Positions 10,763 to 21,629 are shown, counted from the first letter of the stretch. The stretch is 64,000 bases of DNA from Aeromonas sp. (GCA_051658125.1 JBOFMA010000139.1:4660-68659), one strand, 5' to 3'. A program made the numbers and translations. The notes: generated from the sequence alone by a model not told the origin.

Positions 10763-11233
10763 TTAGAGGGTTTGCTCAAACAGCTCTAAGGCGGAGTGAT
10801 ACAACTCTTCAATCGGGGTGTCGCGAGTGGGGGTGATAAAGATGGTGTCATCACCGGCGATGGTGCCCAAGATGCCTTCAGCTTTGCCCAGTGAATCTAG
10901 CAGTCGAGCGATCAGTTGTGCGGCCCCTGGACTGGTGTGAATGACCACGAGCGCGCTGTTATAGCCAATATCGAGCACCAGATTTTTTAACGGGCTGGTG
11001 GTGGTAGGCACGCCAAATTCAACCGGCAGGCAATACACCATCTCCATTTTGGCATTACGGGTACGCACGGCGCCGTAGCGGCTAAGCATGCGCGAGATTT
11101 TCGATTGGTTGATATTGTTAAAACCCATCTCCTGCAAGGCACTGACGATCTCAGCTTGGGAGCCAAAACGCTCCTCTTTGAGCAAGGCTTTAAAGGCTTT
11201 CGCCAGTTTTTCTTGCTTATCGGTGTGTTTCAT
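10763..11233 (-). CDS. argR: Arginine repressor
   Basis: [33 protein letters not shown] and [10 protein letters not shown] motifs. True start ATG at 11233. Confidence 0.97.
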   Translation of the reverse strand: MKHTDKQEKLAKAFKALLKEERFGSQAEIVSALQEMGFNNINQSKISRMLSRYGAVRTRNAKMEMVYCLPVEFGVPTTTSPLKNLVLDIGYNSALVVIHTSPGAAQLIARLLDSLGKAEGILGTIAGDDTIFITPTRDTPIEELYHSALELFEQTL

Positions 11234-11396
11234 TTTGGTTCCATTGGCCGTGTGCGCGGCATCGGTAGGCAAGTGGCTGCGGCCGTGTAAAGGCTGCGGT
11301 AACGTGGCGGCGCCGACGAGATGTGCACTTAATCTCGCCCAAACGCCGCTGCATTTTGCATGACTATGCCATTTATCGCAAGAAAATGGCGGTTGC

Positions 11397-11474
11397 ATTG
11401 CATATTGATGCATTAATGCTTGCGCATGAAAATAAACTGCGTAATATCAGGCCAAATTTGCAAATTTATTCAGA
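11397..11474. promoter_or_regulatory. Probable ARG boxes (ArgR operators) between divergent argR and artP
   Basis: ATTGCATATTGATGCATT (11397-11414) and TTTGCAAATTTATTCAGA (11457-11474) fit WNTGAATWWWWATTCANW with a few mismatches. Confidence 0.65.
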
Positions 11475-11481
11475 TCTACTG

Positions 11482-12222
11482 ATGGGCATTGAATTAACAA
11501 GCATTAATAAGGCGTGGCACGGTGTGCCGGTATTGCAGCAGGTGAGCTTCGTCACCGCCCCTGGTGAAACCTTGGTACTGCTGGGCCCAAGCGGCGCCGG
11601 CAAGAGTTCGCTCCTGCGCATGATGAATCTGCTCGATACCCCAGATAGCGGCAGCTTGCGTATTGCTGGTAGTGAATTTTCATTTCCTTTTGCCCACGGG
11701 GAAGCCGCCTACCAGCGCCAAGCGCAGCAACTGCGGCGCAAAGTGGGCATGGTGTTTCAGCAGTATCACCTGTGGCCGCATTTAACGGTGCTGGAAAATT
11801 TAATCGAGGCGCCGATGAAGGTGCTGGGCATGACGAAAGCCGCTGCGCTGGAAAAAGCCAGTTACCTGCTCAGCCAATTGCAATTGGCCGATAAAAGCGG
11901 CGCGTGGCCGGCGCGTTTATCGGGCGGCCAGCAGCAGCGGGTCGCGATTGCCCGCACGCTGATGATGGATCCGCAGGTGCTGTTGTTCGATGAGCCGACC
12001 GCAGCGCTGGATCCCGAGATCACCAATGAAGTGGCGGAGATCATTCGCACTTTGCGCCAAACCGGCATCACCCAAGTGGTGGTGACCCATGAAGTGGAGT
12101 TTGCGCGCAAAGTGGCCAGTCAAGTTATCTATTTAGAAAAAGGCGGCATTGTGGAGATCGGCGGGCAGGACATTTTTGCTCAGCCGCAGACCCAGCGTTT
12201 TGCCGAGTTTTTAAACCATTAA
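11482..12222 (+). CDS. artP: Arginine ABC transporter ATP-binding protein
   Basis: [34 protein letters not shown] and FDEPTAALDPEIT motifs; heads the art operon. Confidence 0.93.
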   Translation: MGIELTSINKAWHGVPVLQQVSFVTAPGETLVLLGPSGAGKSSLLRMMNLLDTPDSGSLRIAGSEFSFPFAHGEAAYQRQAQQLRRKVGMVFQQYHLWPHLTVLENLIEAPMKVLGMTKAAALEKASYLLSQLQLADKSGAWPARLSGGQQQRVAIARTLMMDPQVLLFDEPTAALDPEITNEVAEIIRTLRQTGITQVVVTHEVEFARKVASQVIYLEKGGIVEIGGQDIFAQPQTQRFAEFLNH

Positions 12223-12261
12223 CGTCAATCGATTATCTTCACGTCAATCAAGGAAGCTGTC

Positions 12262-12996
12262 ATGAAAAAAGTGTTGTTAGTTGCCGCTATGGGCTTGTTG
12301 AGCACGCAGGTGCTGGCGCAAGAGATCAAGATCGCCACTGAAGCGACCTATGCGCCCTTTGAGTATTTGGACGAGAAAAACGAATTCCAAGGCTTTGACA
12401 TCGATTTGGCGCGTGCGTTGTGTGCCGAAGCCCAGCTGGAGTGTACCTTTCACAATCAAGCTTTTGACAGCCTGATCCCGAGCCTGAAATTTAAGCGTTA
12501 TGACGCGGCGATTGCGGCGATGGATGTGACCCCAGAGCGGGCGCAGCAAGTTGATTTTTCTAATATTTATTATGAAAACTCAGCGGTATTTGTAACCAAA
12601 AAAGCCGCCTTTGCCACGCCAGAAGAGCTGAAAGAGAAAACGGTAGGCGTGCAAAATGGTTCATCGCATCAAGCCTATATCGCAGATAACTGGACCGCTA
12701 AGGGCCTGCTTAGCATGCCGTATGCCAGCTATCAAAGTGCATTTTTGGATTTAACCAATGGCCGCACGCAAAGCGTGTTTGCTGACACCGCAGTGGCAGC
12801 CGAGTGGCTGAAAAGCCACACCGACTACGCCATGCTCGGCGCGCCGGTCACCGATGCCAAGTACTTTGGCACTGGCTTTGGTATCGCGGTGGCAAAGGGC
12901 AACAGCGAGTTGTTAGGCCAATTTAACCAAGCGCTGGCGGCAATCAAAGCCAATGGCACTTATCAAAAAATCTACGACAAGCACTTTGCGCGGTAA
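12262..12996 (+). CDS. artI: Arginine ABC transporter periplasmic binding protein (ArtI/ArtJ)
   Basis: Signal peptide, ATEATYAPFE, FDSLIPSLKFKRYDA and GVQNGS motifs. Confidence 0.85.
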   Translation: MKKVLLVAAMGLLSTQVLAQEIKIATEATYAPFEYLDEKNEFQGFDIDLARALCAEAQLECTFHNQAFDSLIPSLKFKRYDAAIAAMDVTPERAQQVDFSNIYYENSAVFVTKKAAFATPEELKEKTVGVQNGSSHQAYIADNWTAKGLLSMPYASYQSAFLDLTNGRTQSVFADTAVAAEWLKSHTDYAMLGAPVTDAKYFGTGFGIAVAKGNSELLGQFNQALAAIKANGTYQKIYDKHFAR

Positions 12997-12999
12997 GTC

Positions 13000-13650
13000 A
13001 TGCTGAGTCTGTTATTCACCGCCACTTGGATGACGCTGGGGTTAGCACTGCTTTCTTTAGTCGGTGGCATGGTGTTGGCGCTGCTGTTTAGTGCCGCTGA
13101 GTTATCGAAAAAGGCATGGATTGGGTGGCCGGTGGCCACCCTCACCACCTTGATCCGTGGCCTGCCTGAGTTGCTGGTAGTGCTGTTTATTTTCTTTGGT
13201 TCAACGCAGGTGTTGTTTTTCATCACCGGTGAATATGTTGAATTTAGCCCGTTTGCGTGCGGCGTATTGGCGCTCTCGTTACTGTTTGCCAGCTATGCCA
13301 GTCAAACGTTACGCGGCGCGCTCAATGCCGTGCCCAAAGGGCAGTGGTTAGCTGGTTTGGCGCTTGGTTTAACCAAGTCACAGATATTTTTGCGCGTGGT
13401 GTTGCCCCAAGCGTGGCGTCACGCTTTGCCGGGCCTTGGCAACCAATGGTTGGTGCTACTAAAAGACACAGCCTTAGTCTCGCTGATTGGCGTGCACGAG
13501 ATGATGCGCCAAGCCCAACTGGCGGCGGCCAGTACCTATGAGCCGTTTACCTGGTATGCGGCCGCAGCGCTGATCTATTTGGCGATAAGCTTAGTCAGTG
13601 AATATGGCTTGGCGCGCGCCACGCGCTATTACCAGCGCTATGGAGGCTAA
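13000..13650 (+). CDS. artQ: Arginine ABC transporter permease
   Basis: [20 protein letters not shown] and [19 protein letters not shown] motifs. Confidence 0.92.
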   Translation: MLSLLFTATWMTLGLALLSLVGGMVLALLFSAAELSKKAWIGWPVATLTTLIRGLPELLVVLFIFFGSTQVLFFITGEYVEFSPFACGVLALSLLFASYASQTLRGALNAVPKGQWLAGLALGLTKSQIFLRVVLPQAWRHALPGLGNQWLVLLKDTALVSLIGVHEMMRQAQLAAASTYEPFTWYAAAALIYLAISLVSEYGLARATRYYQRYGG

Positions 13651-13652
13651 CC

Positions 13653-14315
13653 GTGCTTGATTACCTATTAACGCTGCTTGGTGGCTTAGCGCTGACCTTG
13701 CAACTGACGGTGGCTAGCCTCGGATTCGGGCTAACATTGGCTCTGCTGATGACCTGGGTGTTGTCGGCTAAATGGCCGTTGGCCACACAACTGGTGCAGT
13801 TTGTGGTGCTGCTGTTTACCGGTACGCCGCTACTGATCCAGATCTTTTTGATTTACTACGGCCCGGGCCAATTTGCGTGGCTCAAAGAGAGCTTCTTGTG
13901 GGCGTGGTTCAAGCAACCGTGGTTTTGTGCGGTGCTGGCGCTGGGGTTAAACACCGCGGCTTATTCGACCCGCTTGTTTAAAGGCGCGCTTGAAGCTATT
14001 CCAGCTGGGGAAGTGGAAGCGTGCCGCGCGCTGGGCTTTAGCCCACGGCAAACGCTGTGGATGAAAACCCGGCATGCCGCGCGGCGCTTGGTGCCGGCCT
14101 ATTCTAACGAGGTGATCTTGGTGCTCAAAGGCAGTTCGCTCGCCAGCACTATTACCCTGATGGACATAATGGGCTTGGCGCAGCAACTCAATGCCCGCAC
14201 CTATGACACCTTGGCGGTTTTTACCGCCGCCGGTGTGCTGTATTTGAGCATGAATGGTTTACTGACGTTGCTGTTTCGCTGGTGCGAGCGGCGCGCACTG
14301 GCCTATCAAAACTAG
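13653..14315 (+). CDS. artM: Arginine ABC transporter permease
   Basis: FTGTPLLIQIFLIYYGPGQF and YSNEVILVLKGSSLAS motifs. Confidence 0.92.
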   Translation: MLDYLLTLLGGLALTLQLTVASLGFGLTLALLMTWVLSAKWPLATQLVQFVVLLFTGTPLLIQIFLIYYGPGQFAWLKESFLWAWFKQPWFCAVLALGLNTAAYSTRLFKGALEAIPAGEVEACRALGFSPRQTLWMKTRHAARRLVPAYSNEVILVLKGSSLASTITLMDIMGLAQQLNARTYDTLAVFTAAGVLYLSMNGLLTLLFRWCERRALAYQN

Positions 14316-14338
14316 CGCAATCGGGATGGACGTTTAGG

Positions 14339-14369
14339 CAAAGGAGCGCATGCGCTCCTTTGGTTTTTT
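14339..14369 (+). terminator. Intrinsic terminator of the art operon
   Basis: CAAAGGAGCGCATGCGCTCCTTTG palindrome followed by GTTTTTT. Confidence 0.75.
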
Positions 14370-14534
14370 GTGCTACGAGCTAAGTCAAAGCCCACCACCT
14401 CGCTAGCGCGCGCGTCAGATCACAGCATGAATAAGCGCGCTGGGCTGTGATTGCGCTTGTTCAACTAATCCTTTAAGGTTTAAATAATTTATTAAACCTC
14501 GATTTGCCCTGTTATTTCGGTTTGGGAGCTTAGT

Positions 14535-15470
14535 ATGAAAGTGGCCATTTTGGGCGCAGCTGGCGGTATTGGCCAAGCGCTTGCTCTATTGTTAAAAAAC
14601 CGTCTGCCTGCGGGTACGGCGCTGAGTTTGTATGATGTGGCGCCGGCCACCCCTGGCGTGGCGGCCGATTTAAGCCATATTCCCACTGATGTCACCGTGA
14701 CCGGTTTTGCGGGTAGCGATGTGGCACCGGCGTTAGTCAACGCCGATGTGGTGCTGATCAGTGCGGGGGTCGCGCGCAAACCCGGAATGGATCGCAGCGA
14801 TCTGTTCAATGTTAATGCCGACATCGTGAAAAACTTAGTCGAGCAGTGCGCCGCGCACTGCCCACAGGCGTTGATTGGGCTGATCACCAATCCGGTAAAT
14901 AGCACAGTGCCGATTGCCGCCGCGGTGCTGAAAGCCGCCGGCGTGTACGATAAGCGCCGCCTGTTTGGTATCAGCACATTAGATGTGCTGCGCAGTGAAA
15001 CCTTCGTCGCGCAAGCGGCGGGGTTGAAGGTGGATGACGTACGGGTCAATGTTATCGGTGGCCACAGCGGCGTGACGATTTTACCGCTGCTATCGCAAGT
15101 GGCAGGGGCGTCGCTTAGTGCCGAGCAGATCGCCATGATGACCAAGCGTATTCAAAATGCCGGTACCGAGGTAGTGGAGGCCAAAGCCGGCGGTGGTTCA
15201 GCCACCTTGTCGATGGGGCAGGCGGCATGCCGCTTTGCGCTGTCACTAATCAAGGGCTTGCAGGGCGAGGCCAACGTGGTGGAGTGCGCGTTTGTGGAAG
15301 GTGAAAGCGAGTACGCGGCCTTCTTTGCGCAGCCATTATTGTTGGGTAAAAACGGCATCGAGCAGTGGCTGCCCCATGGCGAGCTCAGCGCGTTTGAGCG
15401 TGATGCCTTGACCCAAATGCTGCCGACGTTGCAGGCGGACATTGCCCAAGGTGTGGAGTTTATGCGCTAA
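14535..15470 (+). CDS. mdh: Malate dehydrogenase
   Basis: [40 protein letters not shown] and IGGHSG motifs. Confidence 0.99.
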   Translation: MKVAILGAAGGIGQALALLLKNRLPAGTALSLYDVAPATPGVAADLSHIPTDVTVTGFAGSDVAPALVNADVVLISAGVARKPGMDRSDLFNVNADIVKNLVEQCAAHCPQALIGLITNPVNSTVPIAAAVLKAAGVYDKRRLFGISTLDVLRSETFVAQAAGLKVDDVRVNVIGGHSGVTILPLLSQVAGASLSAEQIAMMTKRIQNAGTEVVEAKAGGGSATLSMGQAACRFALSLIKGLQGEANVVECAFVEGESEYAAFFAQPLLLGKNGIEQWLPHGELSAFERDALTQMLPTLQADIAQGVEFMR

Positions 15471-15495
15471 GCGCATGGCCGCCGGTCTGTTGCGC

Positions 15496-15533
15496 AATAA
15501 AAAAACCGAAGCCTAGGCTTCGGTTTTTTTATT
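15496..15533. terminator. Bidirectional terminator between mdh and pit
   Basis: 38-bp perfect palindrome AATAAAAAAACCGAAGCCTAGGCTTCGGTTTTTTTATT. Confidence 0.9.
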
Positions 15534-15594
15534 CATCAAACGGTCATGCCACGGTCACAACAGTATCACCGCAGCGCGTTAAGCTCGTGAAGAG

Positions 15595-16860
15595 TTAAGC
15601 AAACACCGCGCGCATCACATAGTAAATGATGATCGACAGCACAGCGCCGGCGGGCAGGGTGATCACCCAAGAGACCACGATGTTACGCAGCACGCCTAAG
15701 TTCAGCGCTGCGATACCGCGGGCGAGGCCCACGCCCATCACTGCACCCACGAGGGTTTGGGTGGTGGAAATTGGCAGGCCGGTGCCGGAGGCGATAACCA
15801 CGGTGGCAGCGGTGGCCAACTGCGCGGCAAAGCCACGGCTTGGCGTCAGGTGGGTAATACCGGTACCGACAGTGGCCATGACTTTTTCACCCATGGTCGC
15901 CAGACCGATCACGATACCCACGCCGCCCAGTGGCAAAATCCACCATGCAATGGTGGCTTCACCAGCAATTTGACCACCGGTGCCGACGATAGAGGCAACG
16001 GCAGACAAGGGACCAATGGCGTTAGCTACGTCGTTCGAGCCATGGGCAAACGCCATGGCACACGCAGTGATCACCATCAAGATGCCAAACACTTTTTCCA
16101 CGTTGGCAAAGTGCATTTTGCTGTCATCTTTCGGATTGTAGTCCTGGCCGCGAATATAGATAAAGCCCGCGATGGCCACCAAAATCGACATGACCACTGA
16201 CAGCATGGCGCCTTCTTGGGTGGAGATGTGCAAGCCAACATGCTTTAAACCCTTCTGAATGGTGACCAAGCAAATCACCAGCGAGGTTAAAAACATATAA
16301 AACGGCACATAACGCTTAGCATTTTCCAGCGGATTTTCGGTATCAAAAATCAGCTTTTGCACGCTTTGGAACATGAAATAGGCAATCACGCCCGAGATAG
16401 CTGGGGTGACGATCCATGAGCCAACGATGCCGCCAAATTTGCCCCACTTCACTGCTTCAGGGCCAATGCTGACTAAGGCAAAACCAACAATGGCACCGAT
16501 AATCGAGTGGGTGGTGGAGACCGGCCAGCCAAAATAGGAAGCTAAAATCAACCAGGCACCAGCGGCCAGCAGGGCGGAAATCATGCCCAGCACCAGTTGA
16601 TCGGGTGCATTAGCAAAGGCATTGCTATCAATAATACCGCTGCGGATGGTCGCAGTTACTTCGCCGCCGGCCAAATAGGCGCCGGCAAATTCGAAGATCA
16701 TGGCGATAACAATGGCTTGGCGGATGGTTAAAGACTTAGTACCGACCGAGGTGCCCATAGCGTTCGCTACGTCATTGGCGCCGATACCCCAAGCCATCAA
16801 AAAGCCAAACAGCGCGGCGATCAACACGAGGGTTGAGCCGTAATTCGCGATTATTTCCAT
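15595..16860 (-). CDS. Inorganic phosphate transporter, PiT family
   Basis: GANDVANAM and HGSNDVAN signature motifs, PVSTTH/PISTTQ, multiple TM helices. Confidence 0.95.
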   Translation of the reverse strand: MEIIANYGSTLVLIAALFGFLMAWGIGANDVANAMGTSVGTKSLTIRQAIVIAMIFEFAGAYLAGGEVTATIRSGIIDSNAFANAPDQLVLGMISALLAAGAWLILASYFGWPVSTTHSIIGAIVGFALVSIGPEAVKWGKFGGIVGSWIVTPAISGVIAYFMFQSVQKLIFDTENPLENAKRYVPFYMFLTSLVICLVTIQKGLKHVGLHISTQEGAMLSVVMSILVAIAGFIYIRGQDYNPKDDSKMHFANVEKVFGILMVITACAMAFAHGSNDVANAIGPLSAVASIVGTGGQIAGEATIAWWILPLGGVGIVIGLATMGEKVMATVGTGITHLTPSRGFAAQLATAATVVIASGTGLPISTTQTLVGAVMGVGLARGIAALNLGVLRNIVVSWVITLPAGAVLSIIIYYVMRAVFA

Positions 16861-16885
16861 TAGTCGTATCTATCCAGTCAGTCGA

Positions 16886-17569
16886 TTACGAGGAGCGAGC
16901 CAGCATCAGCTCGAGACGAGCGCCAACACGCTCTGCTTGGTCGGCTAAATCACCTACCCACTCGAGGATCTTGTATAAAAACATCATGTCGATCGGGTTG
17001 TAGTCGCCTTCCACCGCCTGCAGCTTTTGGCGCAGGCCAATTTGCATTGCATCAGTGTCATCTTCGATCAGATCCAGCTGGTGGATCATCTCAGCAACCA
17101 TTTCTACTTCGCGGCCTTTAAAGCCCGTTTCCAGCAACTCGTCGAGTTCGTTGATGGCTTTTTTCGCCTGCGCGGTGGCATCGATACAGCGCTTGAGGTA
17201 GGCCATAAAGTCGCTGCGCATCTCTTTTGGGAATTCCATGCGGCGACCGAGCATACGCCCAGAAATATCTTTGGCGCGGTTAGCGATCTTATCTTGTTGG
17301 GTCAGCAATTCGAGCAGGTCGGTGCGCGCAACGGGCAAAAACAGCCCGCGTGGCAGCTTGAGGCGAATTTCACGCTTGAGCGCATCGGCCTCTTTTTCCA
17401 ACTGTACGATTTGCTCGCGCAGGCTTTGCGCTTCTTCCCAGCGCTCTTCGGCCACGGCGTCAAAGAACGGGATCAGCTGTTCACAACACAAATGCACTTT
17501 AACAATATGCTTTTGCAGCGGCTTGATAGGGGACTTAGCGAACAGCCCCAAAATTGTATTTACTGGCAT
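16886..17569 (-). CDS. TIGR00153/DUF47 PhoU-like phosphate transport regulator
   Basis: MPVNTILGLFAKSPIKPLQKH, EKEADALKREIR; directly upstream of pit, the usual pairing. Confidence 0.92.
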   Translation of the reverse strand: MPVNTILGLFAKSPIKPLQKHIVKVHLCCEQLIPFFDAVAEERWEEAQSLREQIVQLEKEADALKREIRLKLPRGLFLPVARTDLLELLTQQDKIANRAKDISGRMLGRRMEFPKEMRSDFMAYLKRCIDATAQAKKAINELDELLETGFKGREVEMVAEMIHQLDLIEDDTDAMQIGLRQKLQAVEGDYNPIDMMFLYKILEWVGDLADQAERVGARLELMLARSS

Positions 17570-17731
17570 GTTTAGACCTGTAACGGTGAAAAAACACTCG
17601 ATGCGGTGTCATGAGGCGCGCATGTTAACTGAACTCATGCCGCAATAAAACCGCGTTATCGTTTACAATGCGCGCCAATTATATCGCGTCTTGTGCACTT
17701 TGCTGCGCGACGTACCACTGTGAGAAATAGC

Positions 17732-18658
17732 ATGACCCAGCCGGCGGCAACTGAAACCGAACTTAAATTTTTAATCCGTGGCGATTTCCTGCCCATTCTG
17801 CTGGCGCTATTGGCCCGCTGGCAAGTCACGCCGCTGGCCAAAACCAGCTTAAGTAACCGCTATTTTGATACGCCTGCGCTGGATTTACGCCGCCTTGGCA
17901 TGGGTCTGCGCATTCGCCGTTGGCAAGATGAGCACGGCGCGCCGTGCGCTGAGCAAACCTTAAAGTGTCGCGGCCAAGGGCTAGGCGGCCTGCACACGCA
18001 TCCTGAATTTAATTTACCGGTCGGCGAGCGGCCGGATTTATTTGTTTTTCCAACCGAAATTTGGCCAATACCGGCCTGCGCTGCGCAATTGAATGCCCAG
18101 CTGCAACCGCTATTTAGCACCGATTTTGTCCGCCAAGCGTGGCTGATTGAGTTTGACGGGGCGCAGATTGAGCTGGTGTGGGATCAAGGTGAGGTGGTGG
18201 GGCGCGTTGGCCGCGAAGCGATTAATGAGCTGGAGCTAGAGCTAAAGCGTGGTCCGGTAGCCGCGCTGTTTGCCTTGGCGCAGCAGTTGGTAGCGCACGG
18301 CCATTTGCTGCTTGGCATTGAGTCTAAAGCGGCGCGCGGCTATCGGGCGGCGGGCTTAAGCCGTGCGCCCACTTCGCGAGCCTTGCCTGCGCTCGAGGGC
18401 TTAACGGCGCGCGACAAAGTGCAGCTTGGCCTTGAACATTGGCAATACCATGCAGCGCTAATGCCAATCGAACCGTCTTCTGCTGCGTGCGCGGCCGCGG
18501 TGAGCGAAGGCTTGGCGCTACTGCACAGCGCTGTGCTCGGCTTAGCTAGCGCGCCGGCTTGGCGCGCGCCATTGCAAAGTTTACCGCGGCAAGCCGATTT
18601 AGCGGCGCAAGCCAGTTTGCAACTGGCGATTATCGACTGGTTGATCAGCGCCGCGTAG
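17732..18658 (+). CDS. CYTH-domain inorganic triphosphatase (YgiF-like)
   Basis: ETELK (ExExK), YFDTP..GLRIR, EQTLK, INELELELK and SKAARGY motifs. Confidence 0.88.
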   Translation: MTQPAATETELKFLIRGDFLPILLALLARWQVTPLAKTSLSNRYFDTPALDLRRLGMGLRIRRWQDEHGAPCAEQTLKCRGQGLGGLHTHPEFNLPVGERPDLFVFPTEIWPIPACAAQLNAQLQPLFSTDFVRQAWLIEFDGAQIELVWDQGEVVGRVGREAINELELELKRGPVAALFALAQQLVAHGHLLLGIESKAARGYRAAGLSRAPTSRALPALEGLTARDKVQLGLEHWQYHAALMPIEPSSAACAAAVSEGLALLHSAVLGLASAPAWRAPLQSLPRQADLAAQASLQLAIIDWLISAA

Positions 18659-18808
18659 CGCGGGCGCTGGCTTTATGCGATCAAACGGGGCTTTACTGTG
18701 CGCCCGCTGGGCTAAGCGCCGGCGTGACGGCGGCCCACGTTTTGGCCGCCATATATACTGGCGACTTTTTAGCCGCCAAGCTAATGAACTGTTTTTAGGG
18801 GAAAGTGA

Positions 18809-19846
18809 ATGAGTCAGCCCAACACGGCGGTGAGCCAAATGCTTGCGCGCAATGAGTCGTTATTTGCCGGTAAACGCCTATTGGTGTGCGGGGCGCTGGA
18901 GGATGCTTATCCCCGCCATTTGGCCAGCCTCACCGACGATCTGTGCGTGTTTACCACCGATTACAGCTATTTTCGCCAGCAAAAGGCGGCGCTTGGTGCG
19001 GCGCTGGTGTTTAACCATGTGCTTGAGCGCTCAGTCGCGTTACCGGCGTTTGATGCCTTGCTACTGTTGATGCCTAAAGCGAAAGCCGAAGCGCAATATC
19101 TGCTCGCTATGCTCACGCCGCTGCTAAGCGCTGGGGCTGATCTGTTTTTAGCCGGCGATAATCGCGGTGGCATTAATGGCGCTGATAAACTGCTCGCGCC
19201 ATATAGCGGCAAGCCGATTAAGCGCGACAGCGCGCGGCGCTGCTCGCTGTATCACGGCGAATTAACCGGCCAGCCTGCGCCGTTTGATCTTGAAGCCTGG
19301 GTGCGCCGCTATCCGTGCCAGATTGGCGATACGCCGCTGACGGTCTGCGCGCTGCCGGGGGTGTTTAGTGCCGATGGTTTGGATGCCGGCTCAAAAATGC
19401 TGCTCGAGGCCTGCGCGCCGCATCGCGGGCGCGTGCTCGATTTTGGCTGTGGGGCGGGGGTGATTGCTGCCGTGCTGGCTAAGCGCGCGCCCGAGCTTGA
19501 GCTCTTGTGTGCCGATATCAATGCGCTGGCGCTGGAATCGACCCGCCGCACCTTGGCGGCTAATGGCCTTCGTGGCGAAGTTATCGCCTCCGATGTGTAT
19601 TCCGATATCAGCGGCCGTTTTGCGCACATTGTGTCAAATCCGCCGTTTCATGCTGGTTTAAAGACCCATTACGCGGCCACCGAAACCTTTTTGGCCGAGG
19701 CGCCGCACTATTTAACCGCGGCCGGCGATCTGACCTTGGTGGCCAATGCCTTTTTGCGTTATGCGCCGATTTTGGACGTGCACTTTAAGCAAACCGCGGT
19801 CGTGGCACAGGATGCGCGCTTTAAGGTCTACCGCAGTCACAATTAA
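18809..19846 (+). CDS. rsmC: 16S rRNA m2G1207 methyltransferase
   Basis: [29 protein letters not shown] and IVSNPPFH motifs. Confidence 0.95.
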   Translation: MSQPNTAVSQMLARNESLFAGKRLLVCGALEDAYPRHLASLTDDLCVFTTDYSYFRQQKAALGAALVFNHVLERSVALPAFDALLLLMPKAKAEAQYLLAMLTPLLSAGADLFLAGDNRGGINGADKLLAPYSGKPIKRDSARRCSLYHGELTGQPAPFDLEAWVRRYPCQIGDTPLTVCALPGVFSADGLDAGSKMLLEACAPHRGRVLDFGCGAGVIAAVLAKRAPELELLCADINALALESTRRTLAANGLRGEVIASDVYSDISGRFAHIVSNPPFHAGLKTHYAATETFLAEAPHYLTAAGDLTLVANAFLRYAPILDVHFKQTAVVAQDARFKVYRSHN

Positions 19847-19960
19847 GCGCAAAACTTAGCGCGGTAAATTGCGTGTGGCGTGGCCTTGGGTCAAAATGCC
19901 GCCCACATTTGGGCACAGGCGCGTCATTGACGATGCATTTTTACTAACAGGGAGCCGCCA

Positions 19961-21424
19961 TTGGCCACACATCCTCGCAATATCCTATTTGTCGCCGCAG
20001 AGGTGGAAGGATTAATTAAAACCGGCGGTCTAGCCGACGTTGCTAAAGCCTTGCCGCTGTATTTGACCGCACACGGCCACGATGTGCGCATCATGCTGCC
20101 GTTTTATCAAACAGTGGCGCGGCGTGATGAAGCGAAGTTTGTCGCCAACTGTGCACTGCCCACCGGCTATGATTTGGCTCCGATTGAATTTGCCATTTAT
20201 GCGCTAACGCTGGATGGCTTGCCGGTGTATCTGCTTGATTGCCCGCGCTACTTTGATCGCGCCGCGCCCTATGCGCAAAACAATCAGGCCTACAGCGACA
20301 ACGGCGAACGCTTTGCCTTTTTTGCCGCCGCGAGTTTGCATGCCTGTTTGGCGCTGGATTTTGCCCCCGATATTGCCCACTGCAACGATTGGCACACCGG
20401 TTTATTGCCCCTATTGCTTAAAACGCGCTACGCCTATCACCCGCAGTTAGGCCAAACCAAAAGCGTGATCACCATTCACAACGCCGCCTTCCAAGGCCGC
20501 TATGAGCGCGAGCAGTTCTGGGCTATTCCGGAAGTGAGCGCTTATGAAGCGCGGCTCGATTACGACTATGGCCACATTAACTTGCTTAAATGCGGCGTGC
20601 TGTTTGCCGACAAGATCAACGCCGTTAGCCCCAATTACGCCCAAGAACTGCTCACCCATTTGGGCGCGCACGGCATGGCGCATATCTTTCAGATGCGCAG
20701 TGACGATCTGTGCGGCATTTTAAATGGCTGTGATTATCAGGCTTGGGATCCGGCGACCGATGCCTTACTGCCGGCTAATTACCACGCCAATGATTTAAGC
20801 GGCAAAGCCGAATGTAAGCGCCGGTTGCAGGCTGAGGTGGGCTTGGCGGTCAACGACGTGCCGATGTATGGCATGGTCTGTCGCCTGACCGAGCAAAAAG
20901 GCGTGCCGCTGTTAATTCCCGCGCTGGAAAAATTCTTGCGCCATCAAGTGCAGGTGGTGATCGTCGGCTCGGGCGATCCGCTGCTGGCGCAGCAGTTGAC
21001 CCAGCTGAGCCAGCAGTACCCTGATCGCTGCGTGTTTATCAACGGTTACGATGACCGTTTAGCCCACTGGGTGGAAGCGGGCGCGGACTTTTTCTTAATG
21101 CCGTCGCTGTTTGAGCCCTGTGGCCTCAACCAAATTTACAGCTTGGCTTATGGCACCTTGCCGATTGTGCGTGCAGTGGGGGGCCTGAAAGATACAGTGA
21201 TCGATTGGGACAGCGATGCGGAGCGTGCGACCGGTTTTTGCTTTACCGAGCCACGCGCCTCTGTGCTGCTGACGACCTTGCGCCGTAGCTTGATTTACTT
21301 TTTGCAAGACAAGGCGCAGTTTGCCGCCGTGCAGCAGCGCGCCATGCACACGCGCTTTTTGTGGGCGGATGCGGTGAGCGAATACGAGGCGATGTACCAG
21401 CAGGCGCTGGGCAACGCGAGCTAA
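19961..21424 (+). CDS. glgA: Glycogen synthase
   Basis: IKTGGLADV, HCNDWHTG, TIHNAAFQG, GILNGCD and PSLFEPCGLNQ motifs; TTG start after AGGGAG. Confidence 0.95.
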   Translation: MATHPRNILFVAAEVEGLIKTGGLADVAKALPLYLTAHGHDVRIMLPFYQTVARRDEAKFVANCALPTGYDLAPIEFAIYALTLDGLPVYLLDCPRYFDRAAPYAQNNQAYSDNGERFAFFAAASLHACLALDFAPDIAHCNDWHTGLLPLLLKTRYAYHPQLGQTKSVITIHNAAFQGRYEREQFWAIPEVSAYEARLDYDYGHINLLKCGVLFADKINAVSPNYAQELLTHLGAHGMAHIFQMRSDDLCGILNGCDYQAWDPATDALLPANYHANDLSGKAECKRRLQAEVGLAVNDVPMYGMVCRLTEQKGVPLLIPALEKFLRHQVQVVIVGSGDPLLAQQLTQLSQQYPDRCVFINGYDDRLAHWVEAGADFFLMPSLFEPCGLNQIYSLAYGTLPIVRAVGGLKDTVIDWDSDAERATGFCFTEPRASVLLTTLRRSLIYFLQDKAQFAAVQQRAMHTRFLWADAVSEYEAMYQQALGNAS

Positions 21425-21501
21425 GGCGGCGCAGGCAAAATGTAAAAATCGCGCCTTTGCGGGCAAACTGGCCGCAAAGGCGAAAAAAGTAAAGTTTGCG
21501 G

Positions 21502-21529
21502 TTGACGCTTAAGCAAAAATCGCTACAAT
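21502..21529 (+). promoter_or_regulatory. Sigma70 stable-RNA promoter for the tRNA-Leu cluster
   Basis: TTGACG-16 bp-TACAAT followed by a GC-rich discriminator (TCGCCGCGC). Confidence 0.8.
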
Positions 21530-21544
21530 TCGCCGCGCAGTCAT

Positions 21545-21629
21545 GCGAAGGTGGCGGAATTGGTAGACGCGCTAGCTTCAGGTGTTAGTGCCTTCGGGTG
21601 TGAGGGTTCGAGTCCCTCTCTTCGCACCA
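21545..21629 (+). tRNA. tRNA-Leu (CAG)
   Basis: GCGAAGG..CCA, anticodon loop TT-CAG-GT, long variable arm, TTCGAGT T-loop. Confidence 0.98.
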
